From assembly GCA_902774365.1 (NCBI GenBank), contig CACYHX010000002.1:25408-89407 (forward strand): a stretch of DNA of 64,000 nucleotides. Reading direction: 5' to 3'. This document shows, piece after piece, positions 1-8,282 of the stretch (positions are counted from its first letter, which is position 1; each line of letters begins with the position of its first letter). This stretch comes from an uncultured Bacteroidia bacterium. GTDB lineage: Bacteria > Bacteroidota > Bacteroidia > Bacteroidales > F082. Below the pieces are notes generated by a model. The model saw nothing but the letters and a program-made list of their open reading frames with translations, was not told where the DNA came from and ran no database searches. The translations under genes and the position numbers were made by a program.

Positions 1-272
1 AAAGCCGAGACCTGTTTTTCAATGCGCGTTCGAAAGAAGACCTGCCCATTGGTGAACAGCGGCAGCTGTTCGACCGATACACTTCCTGGGTACGCGACGA
101 AAAAACACTGCGCCAACACACTGATGCCTTAGCGTTGGCCAAGGCCCAGGAGCTGGTGGAAGCCCACAAGCAGTATCGCACCTATCTCCAAGGAGAAAAC
201 TACATGGTGGTGGAACCTGTGCTCCCCATGGATGTTATCGCTTGCTATGTTTATCTGCCATTTGACAATTGA
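1..272 (+). CDS. 3' end of an upstream CDS entering from the left edge; function unknown, possibly the enzymatic partner of the downstream methyltransferase
   Basis: The frame is open (codons at 3,6,9...) from the window edge to TGA at 270-272. It translates to ...QELVEAHKQYRTYLQGENYMVVEPVLPMDVIACYVYLPFDN*. The stop overlaps TTG269 and lies 6 nt before ATG278 of the next gene, an operon-like junction. It is absent from the ORF track because its start lies outside the window. Confidence 0.5.
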   Translation, partial: SRDLFFNARSKEDLPIGEQRQLFDRYTSWVRDEKTLRQHTDALALAKAQELVEAHKQYRTYLQGENYMVVEPVLPMDVIACYVYLPFDN

Positions 273-277
273 CGACT

Positions 278-3200
278 ATGGACTACACATGCATTCACAT
301 ATACGGCCACATCATTTCGGAAGAAATCATCAAGGCCATTGAAACCGAGGAGAATTATGCCGGCAATACTGATGCCGATTTTGCCATTCCCTCAGGGATG
401 ACAGTCAGACAGACCATCGACAGTGAGTGGAGCATGCTCAAAATGCGTTGGCTCAACCTGTTTGCCAACCGCAACCTCACCAACGACCCCTACGGTACCA
501 AGAGCGTGCGCAGCTTGATGAAGGTCTTCTTCACCGAGTTCAACTACAACCTTGAAGAGCAGCGGCGCAACGTAGAGGTTGACGGCAAGGGCTATGCCAT
601 CACCTACCTTTCGCCTGATTGTGGCAACCTGCCCATCATCGTGGTGGGTGATGTGGTGGCTGACAACGAGGGCATTGCGACTTTCGACAAATGCTCGCTC
701 GACTATCGGGCCAAAGGCTCGCACAAGGTGAAGTCGCCCCATGCCACCATGCTTGAATACCTCAACGTGACCGACAATGTTTACGGCATTGTCAGCAACG
801 GGCGCGTGTTGCGTGTTATCCGCAACTCAGGTGAGTTAGTTAAGGCCACCTACATCGAGTTTGACCTTCAGAAGATGGTGGAGGAAGACCACTACAACGA
901 GTTTGTGATCATGTTCCGACTGCTTCACGCCTCGCGCTTCATCAAGCGTGGCGATGACAGCATCATCTTTGAACGCTATTTCAACCAAAGTATAGAATCG
1001 GGCAATCGCATCCGTGACGGCCTCAGCCGTGCCGCACAGCAGGTGATGGAAACCATAGGCACTGCTGCCATCAGGCACAATGAGAGCCTTCGTGCTGCCA
1101 TCGAAAACGGTGAGCTTACACCGCAGCAGCTGCACAAGGAACTCATCCACTTCATCTACAAGCTGCTCTTCCTCTTCATCGTGGAAGACCGAGGCTTGCT
1201 CTATGCCCAGGACGACGACACAGACAACACCCAAATTGAAAAGTGGCAATCCATCTATTCGCGCTACTATGCCGTTGGACGGTTGCGCACCCTGTCGGAA
1301 TACCCGTTCCTGAAGAAGGATCAGTATTACGACTTGTGGATGTCGCTCTTTGAGACTTTCCGCCTGTTTGAGGATGAGGAATTTGGTGCTCCGCTGGGCC
1401 TCAAACCTTTGGGCAGCGTACTCTTTGCCAAAGATTCGTTGCCATGGCTGCGCCAATGCCGCATCGACAACCATTCTCTGCTCACCGCTTTTGGATTCCT
1501 TGACCAATTCCAAAGTGAGCAGGGCAACATGGTGAAAATCAACTATACGGCCTTGGATGTTGAAGAGTTTGGCTCGGTGTATGAGGGCATTCTGGAACTG
1601 CGTCCCATTGTTTCGATGGCCGACAGGAAGTTTTATTATGCGCAAGGTCTCGACCGCCAGTCGACCAGCTCCTATTACACCCGACCCGATTTGGTGAACA
1701 GTCTCATCAAGACTGCGCTCGTTCCCGTGATTGAGGATAAGTTGAAGGCTTGCTCCACACGCGAAGAGCGAGAAAAGGCGTTGCTTGATATGAAAGTGTG
1801 CGATGCCGCCTGTGGCAGTGGCCACTTTGTGTTGGCCATGGCCCGAACCATTGCCTGGCACCTTTGCGTTGTGCGTACTGGAGAGGACAACCCCGCATCG
1901 CGCGACTATCGACAAGCACTGCGCGAGGTCATACAAAAGTGTGTCTATGCCGTTGACTACAACCCTGATGCCGTTGAGCTGTGCAAGGTTGTGCTGTGGA
2001 TTGAAGGCTATTGTGCCGGAAAGCCACTCTCTTTCCTCGACCACCATATCCGTTGCGGCAACTCGGTGGTGGGCGTGACAGACCTCAATGTGTTGCTTGA
2101 TGCACTTCCAAGGGATGCCTTCAAGGTGCTTGAACATGAAAGCAATCCCAATGGCACAACAAGCTTGCTTATGAGGTTTGTTCGTCGCATCAATGAGGCG
2201 GAAGCTGAGCGCAACAAGACTGGTGCATTTGGGGAGTTGTTTGCCAACGAGCAACCGAAACTTGACAAGTCACAAATCGAATTGGGCAATACCGCTCGCA
2301 GCATTACCTCGCTGCCCGAGGAAAGCCTTGATGAGGAGAAGGACAAAGCCGACAAATGGGAGGCTTTCATGAGCAGCCCACAGGTGGAATGTTTGCGCCG
2401 TGCCGCCGACATCTACACTTACGCCTTCTATCGCACCTACACTTATTCCGACTTTTTTGAGCGTTTCGATGATTTCACCGAAACAGGCTACACGATGCGG
2501 GAGGATGTGGAGCTGCCCTTGCCAGCCACGATTGGAAAGGCTCTGTTAGAGACTAAAGAGGACTACGATGGTCCAAGGCTTTCGGACGACTTCAAGGCCG
2601 AGGTGCAAGCTGCTGCCGACCGTTACCGTTTTTTCCATTGGAGTGTAGAGTTCCCCGAAGTGTTTGCCCAAGGTGGTTTTGATGCCATGTGTGGCAATCC
2701 GCCATGGGATAAGATCAAGGTTGAGGATAAGAAGTGGTTTGAACAACATGGTAGGTCTGACATCGTGAATGCCGGAACGGCAGCGCAGCGTAAGCGTGCC
2801 ATTGCCGAATTGCCCAATACTGACCCTGAATTATTTGCCGAATATATTGAGGCGCAAAACGACGCAGAGGCCATGAGCCGTTTTGTGCGGTTAGAAGGAC
2901 GATTTGAATTGACTGCAACTGGAGACATAGATTTGTATCCAATGTTTGCGGAACTATGTCTACGTTTTACGAAAGAAGCATGGGGACTAGTGCTACCTAC
3001 GGGTATAGCATTAAATGAACCAAATAAAGATTTCTTTGCAAAATTAGTTGACGAGAACCGACTTGTTTCATTATTTGATTTTGAGAACCGTGAAAAACTA
3101 TTTGATATTGATAGTAGGTTCAAGTTCTGTCTGTTAACAGCTGGAAAAATGCAAAGCAGTCCTCGAAAGGTAAAAGGAGGATTCTTTTTAACACGTCTGG

Positions 3201-4372
3201 ATCATCTTTTGGATCCCAACCGAATTTATACTTTGGAAACTGCAGATTTTGAAAAACTGAATCCTAATTCAAAGACATGCCCGATATTTCGCACCTCACA
3301 TGACGCTAATATTACAGCTAAGATTTACAATAAATGCCCAATTATACAAAATGAGAAAACAAGCACCAACCCTTGGAATGTTCGGATTAGCAATATGATG
3401 CACATGTCCCATGATTCTGGAGATTTCAAAACATACCAAGATTTGATTAATACAGGAGCAGTTCTTGAAGGAGATAATTTCGTCACACCTTCAGGCGTGT
3501 GCTATGTACCTGTTTATGAGGGTAAAATGATATGGTTCTACAATCATCATTACGCCTCATGGCCAACGGAAGGAGAACGTCCCAGTTCTATTCCAAATGT
3601 CACTTATGAAGAATTGTCAGATCCAAATTCAGTTATATATGCATGGTATTGGACTCCAAAAGAAGACATGATGTCCAAGATGGAAAAGCGTGATGCTGAT
3701 GGCAACCTCCTTTGGCAATGGAAACATGATTGGATGTTGGGCTATAGAAAAATATCAAATGCCACTAACGAGAGAACTTTTGTGACTTCACTTATTCCAT
3801 TGCCAAAAGGCGCAGGAGATAGCATTATCTACCTGTTGATTGACGACATTATCACGAACACAATCGCGCAAGGGATGCTTTCGTCGTTAGTATTTGATTA
3901 TATCTCAAGACAAAAAATGGGAGGTTCTAATATGAGTAATTTCATTACAAAGCAGCTGCCAATTTTGACAGATGAACAAATCCCATCTGATACACAATGG
4001 GAGATTACCCGCCGTGTTGCCGAGCTCACCTACTTCAACCACGACCTCGACGGCTGGGCGGAAGAGCTATACGACGAGTTGACGGACGAGCAGCAGCTGG
4101 AGCTTCCGCAGTTGGGCGAGAAGAAGCCTTTCATCTATGACCCAGAGCGCCGTGCCGTGCTGCAAGCCGAGCTGGATGCCATCATTGGCCACCTATACGG
4201 CCTCAACACAGAGGACATGCGCTATATCCTCGACCCGGAGGATGTTTGTGGCCCCGGCTGCATCAATGAGACGTTCCGCGTGCTGAAGAGCAACGAGATA
4301 CGTCAGTATGGCGAGTATCGGACGAAACGGCTGGTTATGGAGGCTTGGGAGAGGATGGGGTATGGAGAATGA
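278..4372 (+). CDS. Large gamma-class N6-adenine DNA methyltransferase, type IIG / Eco57I-like restriction-modification family (about 1,364 aa)
   Basis: 1,367-aa ORF; ATG at 278 is preferred over TTG at 269. SAM-binding motif I VCDAACGSGHF (nt about 1797-1830) precedes catalytic motif IV GNPPWDKIK (nt about 2694-2720), which is the gamma-class order. There is a roughly 500-aa N-terminal domain and a conserved C-terminal tail ...LYGLNTEDMRYILD...YGEYRTKRLVMEAWERMG, typical of large single-chain RM methylases. No nuclease motif could be assigned by eye. Confidence 0.85.
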   Translation: MDYTCIHIYGHIISEEIIKAIETEENYAGNTDADFAIPSGMTVRQTIDSEWSMLKMRWLNLFANRNLTNDPYGTKSVRSLMKVFFTEFNYNLEEQRRNVEVDGKGYAITYLSPDCGNLPIIVVGDVVADNEGIATFDKCSLDYRAKGSHKVKSPHATMLEYLNVTDNVYGIVSNGRVLRVIRNSGELVKATYIEFDLQKMVEEDHYNEFVIMFRLLHASRFIKRGDDSIIFERYFNQSIESGNRIRDGLSRAAQQVMETIGTAAIRHNESLRAAIENGELTPQQLHKELIHFIYKLLFLFIVEDRGLLYAQDDDTDNTQIEKWQSIYSRYYAVGRLRTLSEYPFLKKDQYYDLWMSLFETFRLFEDEEFGAPLGLKPLGSVLFAKDSLPWLRQCRIDNHSLLTAFGFLDQFQSEQGNMVKINYTALDVEEFGSVYEGILELRPIVSMADRKFYYAQGLDRQSTSSYYTRPDLVNSLIKTALVPVIEDKLKACSTREEREKALLDMKVCDAACGSGHFVLAMARTIAWHLCVVRTGEDNPASRDYRQALREVIQKCVYAVDYNPDAVELCKVVLWIEGYCAGKPLSFLDHHIRCGNSVVGVTDLNVLLDALPRDAFKVLEHESNPNGTTSLLMRFVRRINEAEAERNKTGAFGELFANEQPKLDKSQIELGNTARSITSLPEESLDEEKDKADKWEAFMSSPQVECLRRAADIYTYAFYRTYTYSDFFERFDDFTETGYTMREDVELPLPATIGKALLETKEDYDGPRLSDDFKAEVQAAADRYRFFHWSVEFPEVFAQGGFDAMCGNPPWDKIKVEDKKWFEQHGRSDIVNAGTAAQRKRAIAELPNTDPELFAEYIEAQNDAEAMSRFVRLEGRFELTATGDIDLYPMFAELCLRFTKEAWGLVLPTGIALNEPNKDFFAKLVDENRLVSLFDFENREKLFDIDSRFKFCLLTAGKMQSSPRKVKGGFFLTRLDHLLDPNRIYTLETADFEKLNPNSKTCPIFRTSHDANITAKIYNKCPIIQNEKTSTNPWNVRISNMMHMSHDSGDFKTYQDLINTGAVLEGDNFVTPSGVCYVPVYEGKMIWFYNHHYASWPTEGERPSSIPNVTYEELSDPNSVIYAWYWTPKEDMMSKMEKRDADGNLLWQWKHDWMLGYRKISNATNERTFVTSLIPLPKGAGDSIIYLLIDDIITNTIAQGMLSSLVFDYISRQKMGGSNMSNFITKQLPILTDEQIPSDTQWEITRRVAELTYFNHDLDGWAEELYDELTDEQQLELPQLGEKKPFIYDPERRAVLQAELDAIIGHLYGLNTEDMRYILDPEDVCGPGCINETFRVLKSNEIRQYGEYRTKRLVMEAWERMGYGE

Positions 4373-4497
4373 TTGTGAGAAATGAGGTAGTATTTTTAAT
4401 TGATTAAAAAGTTGAAATACAGCTTTTTATTTATTGGAAACAATATCTTATGGAATATTTTTTCATAAAATGTTGCTTTTGATTGGAATATTTTTTG

Positions 4498-4505
4498 TAC
4501 TTTTG
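4498..4505 (+). promoter_or_regulatory. Candidate Bacteroidetes -7 promoter box (TACTTTTG = TAnnTTTG) for the 204-aa gene
   Basis: It matches the published Bacteroides sigma-A -7 consensus TAnnTTTG, 27 nt upstream of ATG4532 in an AT-rich spacer. A TTTG at 4478-4481 is a possible -33 element, but the spacing is short. Confidence 0.3.
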
Positions 4506-4531
4506 TTGCCGAATTAAAAATAAATACCCAT

Positions 4532-5146
4532 ATGAATAGAGAATACTTTATCCCGTCATTGTTTCCATTGAAACAGAATTTCAATCCAGATGAATTCAAG
4601 TCTTCTTGCCTCGACTCAGGTCTTGAAGAAAGCATTAGAATTGGTGTGACAGAAGGTCTTGCTGCTACGAATGTAGTTTTTGCAAGTGGTGATATGTCAT
4701 ACCGATTACATGGACAATTCCTTCATGAGAAGATTTTTAATTGCATTCAAACTGCCACTAATGAACACATGCCTACGGAGGAAATCGAGTTCGTCTCTTC
4801 AGTCGAAGGTAACAGGAAATGCTTTTTTAGGTATAAAGAATACGTCTTTGTGCTTCGAAGAGAAGGCGTGAATTTGTTAGAAACCGGACCTAATCAAGTA
4901 ATTAGAAATCAGATTGCCGATAACCATATCATCAGCATTTGTTATTCATTGGATGCGTTGAGAGAGAACATACAATCGTTATCTCTGCAGTATATTGAAG
5001 GACAAAATGCTATATGGACATATAATATCACCGATAGCATGCACGTTCTTAATTTTGATGAGCAAGAGGAGTTACCAGAGAAAGAGCATGTGAAAGTGCG
5101 TTTAAAACCAGGAATTAAGGAGGGCATTCGTCATGAGTCCGATTAA
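4532..5146 (+). CDS. Hypothetical protein (204 aa), no recognisable domain; candidate toxin/effector partner of the downstream HTH-ImmA protein
   Basis: Intact ORF in an AT-rich block. Its 3' end overlaps the next ORF by 14 nt. No signal peptide, TM segment or motif was recognised. Confidence 0.6.
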   Translation: MNREYFIPSLFPLKQNFNPDEFKSSCLDSGLEESIRIGVTEGLAATNVVFASGDMSYRLHGQFLHEKIFNCIQTATNEHMPTEEIEFVSSVEGNRKCFFRYKEYVFVLRREGVNLLETGPNQVIRNQIADNHIISICYSLDALRENIQSLSLQYIEGQNAIWTYNITDSMHVLNFDEQEELPEKEHVKVRLKPGIKEGIRHESD

Positions 5147-6191
5147 TTATGAATTGTTAGAGACAGCAAGACATCTTCGGCAACTCACACAAAAAGAGGT
5201 TGCGGAAAAAGTAGGCGTGTCGCAATCTTGGTTGTCTAAGGCGGAACATTGTATTCAAGAATTGCCAGAAGACATAATGAATAGATTGTTCGACTTGTAC
5301 GACCTGCCTATGGAGTTCTTCCTTAATGGTAATTCCGTTACTCCTGAAGGTCATTTGTTTTACAGAAAGCGTTTGACCATATCAGAAAAAGTAGTAGATT
5401 CTTTTGTTGCCAAGATTCAAATCATCAAAGGTATTATAGATGAATTGATGACCGCAATTGATTTACCTGAGTACAAATTAAACAGCTATGACCCTTCGGA
5501 TTATTCTCCAAAAGAGATTGCCGATAGAGTTCGGTATGAGCTTGGCATTGTCCGAGGTCCAATACCAAATCTGACGAAGCTTTTGGAAGACAATGGTGTC
5601 ATTATAATCAAACTTGATTTCGGAACGGAAAAAATAGATGGTTTGACGACGGTTACGGCTGCAAATCGGAAAATCATGTTCATTAATGAGCAGATGCCAA
5701 ATGATAGGATCCGTTTTTCATTGGCACATGAATTAGGACATTTGATAATGCATATCGAGAAAACTCCTCGTTCTGTTGAAACGGTTGAAGATGAAGCAGA
5801 CATGTTTGCGTCTGAATTATTGATGCCAGAGAATGAAATTACACCTTTCTTACATGAGTTGGATTTGCCTGTTTTAGCGCAGTTAAAGAGACGCTGGAGG
5901 GTGTCTATGCGTGCTTTGATTCGTAGGGCGAAGGATGTTGGCGCAATTAGTCAAGAAGAGTATAGGAGATTCCAGATTCTGTTCTCAAAGAAAGGATATA
6001 ATAAGAGTGAACCTGTAATGTTGCCAGTGGAGCAACCTACATTATTATCCGAGACATTGGAGCTGTATAAATCCGAGCTGGGTTATTCTGATCATGACTT
6101 AATGCAAATAATGCGGATTGGACAAATGGATTATAATTCTTGGTTCGGGGATAAGCCAAAGATTATTCAGCTTTTTGGCAGTCAGAAATAA
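5133..6191 (+). CDS. XRE-family HTH fused to an ImmA/IrrE (Peptidase_M78, COG2856) zinc metallopeptidase
   Basis: N-terminal HTH LRQLTQKEVAEKVGVSQSWLSKAE. HEXXH zinc motif in SLAHELGHLIMH. C-terminal region LKRRWRVSMRALIRRAKDVG is typical of ImmA/IrrE proteins. Confidence 0.85.
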   Translation: MSPINYELLETARHLRQLTQKEVAEKVGVSQSWLSKAEHCIQELPEDIMNRLFDLYDLPMEFFLNGNSVTPEGHLFYRKRLTISEKVVDSFVAKIQIIKGIIDELMTAIDLPEYKLNSYDPSDYSPKEIADRVRYELGIVRGPIPNLTKLLEDNGVIIIKLDFGTEKIDGLTTVTAANRKIMFINEQMPNDRIRFSLAHELGHLIMHIEKTPRSVETVEDEADMFASELLMPENEITPFLHELDLPVLAQLKRRWRVSMRALIRRAKDVGAISQEEYRRFQILFSKKGYNKSEPVMLPVEQPTLLSETLELYKSELGYSDHDLMQIMRIGQMDYNSWFGDKPKIIQLFGSQK

Positions 6192-6214
6192 TCCAAAAAG
6201 ACCATGATTTTCTT

Positions 6215-6265
6215 AAAAAGTCAGCCGTTTTCGAGAAAAAAGTTGAAAACGGCTGACTTTTTTCG
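6215..6265 (+). terminator. Rho-independent terminator after the HTH-ImmA gene
   Basis: Perfect stem of about 17 bp, AAAAGTCAGCCGTTTTC / GAAAACGGCTGACTTTT, followed by a T-run, 24 nt after the stop codon. Confidence 0.8.
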
Positions 6266-6433
6266 TTATGCGTGTTATCGTGCTGACGTGCTTACGACGG
6301 AGATGGGATGGATAAGACGGATGGGGCTGATAATGATGTGCTATCGTTATTCGTACTTACGTGCTTACGAAGTGGGGACTTATAGGACTAATGAGACTTA
6401 GAATCGCTCTGAGAGGGAGAAAGAAAAAAATTG

Positions 6434-6441
6434 TAACTTTG
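6434..6441 (+). promoter_or_regulatory. Candidate -7 promoter box (TAACTTTG) for the AlbA_2/Schlafen-type gene
   Basis: Matches TAnnTTTG, 29 nt upstream of ATG6470. Confidence 0.3.
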
Positions 6442-6469
6442 TGGGCTGAAAAACAGAAATCGGAATCGT

Positions 6470-7948
6470 ATGACAGAGCAAGAACTTGTTGAATTATGCA
6501 GTTTGGGTGAAAACACCACTGTGCAGTTTAAGTTGGAATTCACCACTCCAAAACAGATTGCAGAAGAGTTGGTTGCTTTTGCCAACACTCACGGAGGCAC
6601 CATTGTGTTTGGTGCCGAGGATAAGACAGGCAGAATGGTGGGACTCACTTACGAACAGTTGCAATATACTTCACGCGAATTGGGCAATACTGCCAATGAC
6701 CATGTGAGGCCGACTATCTATATTGAAACTGAAACACTGAAACATGATGGACAGGCCTATCTGGTGGCCTACGTGAAGAGTGGTGATTACAAGCCATACA
6801 AAGATTTGTCAGGTAATATCTGGGTAAAGCAAGGTGCCGACAAACGTCGTGTTACGGAAAACGCCGAGATTCGCAGGCTTTTCCAGAAGTCACATCAATA
6901 CCAGGCAGACGAGGAAGGTGTTGACGGCAGTAGCGAGGCTGACATTGACACAAAGGCTCTTGACGAATACTTCAACAAGGTTTTCGGAAAGAGGGTTGAC
7001 GAGTTCAATATCCCAGTCCCAACGATTCTGAAGAATGCACACATCACAGATGAACTTGGACGGCTTACCATTGCAGGACTGATGTATTTTGCCAAGGAGC
7101 CTCAGATGTTCCGTCCCCAACATTGCATCAAAGCGGTATGGTTTGTGGGGAATCACATCGGTGGCACACAGTATCGTGACAGTCGCGACATCACGGGAAC
7201 CATCCCTGAGATGTATGAGGACGCAATGCGATGGTTGAAGTCTTGTTTGAGCCGTCCGCAAAATGGCCAGTCATTCAACAGCGAAGGAGATTTGGAGATT
7301 TCAGAGGTGGTATTGCAAGAACTTGTCCAGAACGCATTGGTTCATCTGGACCTTCTAAAGCCTGCAGCCATCAGGTTGCTTGTCTTTGACAACAGGGTTG
7401 AGATTGTGAATCCTGGTTGTTTGCCAGACGGACAGACCATAGATGAAATCCTGCTCGGCAATTCAGACCCACGCAATCCCCAACTGGCACAATTTGGATC
7501 CAAGACGATGCCCTACAGGGGACTTGGCTCGGGCATTCCGCGAGTGATGGCTGAGAATTGTGACGTGGAACTGATAGACCGTCCCGACGGCAATCAGTTC
7601 ATTGCTCGCATTTGGAGGACTACCCAAAAGGACGAAACCACTACCCAAAAGGCCAATGAAGAGCTGATTTCCGCTACCCAAAAGGATGAATCCACTACCC
7701 AAAAGAGCGAAATTACTACCCAAAAGCCTTTGACAACTACCCAAAAGGAAATCTTAAAATACCTGCAAGAACATCCGACAGCAACCCGACAGGAAGTGGC
7801 TGAGGCTATCGACGGCATTACCGAGGATGGTGTTAAGTACAACATTGGTCGATTGCAGCAATATAGGGTGTTGAAGCGTATTGGTGGCCGCAAGAATGGA
7901 CATTGGGAAGTGATTGGTGACGAATATAAACAAATAGATAAAGGCTGA
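6470..7948 (+). CDS. AlbA_2 (Schlafen-like) / HATPase_c_4 ATP-binding transcriptional-regulator-type protein (often annotated RecG-like) with a C-terminal wHTH
   Basis: N-terminus ELVELCSLGENTTVQFKLEF is typical of the AlbA_2 divergent-AAA domain. Mid region ELVQNALVH...VEIVNPG is HATPase-like. The C-terminus looks like a winged helix (TATRQEVAEAIDGITEDGVKYNIGRLQQYRVLKRIGGRKNGHWEV). The internal linker is a tandem 7-aa TTQK repeat. Confidence 0.75.
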   Translation: MTEQELVELCSLGENTTVQFKLEFTTPKQIAEELVAFANTHGGTIVFGAEDKTGRMVGLTYEQLQYTSRELGNTANDHVRPTIYIETETLKHDGQAYLVAYVKSGDYKPYKDLSGNIWVKQGADKRRVTENAEIRRLFQKSHQYQADEEGVDGSSEADIDTKALDEYFNKVFGKRVDEFNIPVPTILKNAHITDELGRLTIAGLMYFAKEPQMFRPQHCIKAVWFVGNHIGGTQYRDSRDITGTIPEMYEDAMRWLKSCLSRPQNGQSFNSEGDLEISEVVLQELVQNALVHLDLLKPAAIRLLVFDNRVEIVNPGCLPDGQTIDEILLGNSDPRNPQLAQFGSKTMPYRGLGSGIPRVMAENCDVELIDRPDGNQFIARIWRTTQKDETTTQKANEELISATQKDESTTQKSEITTQKPLTTTQKEILKYLQEHPTATRQEVAEAIDGITEDGVKYNIGRLQQYRVLKRIGGRKNGHWEVIGDEYKQIDKG

Positions 7949-7983
7949 GATAAATGTTTCCTCACAATAGTTCAAGTGAGGAA

Positions 7984-8127
7984 ATGAGGAAAATTGGATA
8001 TCATGTACGGATAAGTGAAGAGATACCGTACAGAAAAATGCAACGACAGATGCAAGGGCTGATTAAAGAAGGTAAAGTTGAACAGACCGGAACAAAACGA
8101 TGGACACAATATCGGCTTGTTCCATAA
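7984..8127 (+). pseudogene. 47-aa ORF resembling the wHTH C-terminus of the same regulator family; probably a gene remnant
   Basis: Translation by hand: MRKIGYHVRISEEIPYRKMQRQMQGLIKEGKVEQTGTKRWTQYRLVP*. The end (EGKVEQTGTKRWTQYRL) parallels the wing of the upstream protein (LKRIGGRKNGHWEV). It is too short for the ORF track. Confidence 0.3.
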
Positions 8128-8130
8128 GTA

Positions 8131-8282
8131 TAAAAACCAAAAAAATGCGTTGAAAACGAGTTTTGGTTTTTAGAATGGTTTTTAGAAAAATATTCTTTTT
8201 GTTGATAATCAAATAGTTGATAAAAACCGATAAAAACACGATGGTTTTTAGAGTGTTTTTAGAACGTTTTTTTGGTTTTTAC
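8131..8282. repeat. Iteron-like array of an 8-10 bp motif, GGTTTTTA(GA), and its complement TAAAAACC
   Basis: GGTTTTTAGA occurs at 8165, 8177 and 8243. TGTTTTTAGA occurs at 8254 and GGTTTTTAC at 8274. Complementary TAAAAACC occurs at 8131 and 8221, and TAAAAACA at 8231. That is at least 8 copies in about 150 bp of non-coding DNA. Direct GTTGATAA x2 lies at about 8201-8222. Confidence 0.7.

Noticed and set aside
836-2254. 472-aa minus-strand ORF antisense to the methyltransferase, and smaller nested ORFs at 392-3123
   Set aside because: The sense frame carries clear methyltransferase motifs I and IV in the correct order. The antisense product has no recognisable features.
278-4372. Assigning the methyltransferase to BREX (PglX) or DISARM class 1 (DrmMI)
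   Set aside because: No PglZ, BrxC, BrxL, DrmA, DrmB or DrmC-like gene follows it in the window. Only the unseen upstream gene could decide this. It is kept as a generic type IIG/Eco57I-like MTase.
6204-6460. 65-66-aa ORFs and a direct repeat ACGTGCTTACGA (about 6285 and 6359) between the ImmA gene terminator and the AlbA_2 gene
   Set aside because: The ORFs overlap the terminator hairpin and have no start context or homology. The 12-nt direct repeat is noted, but with only two copies and no flanking recombinase it is insufficient to call an att site or operator.
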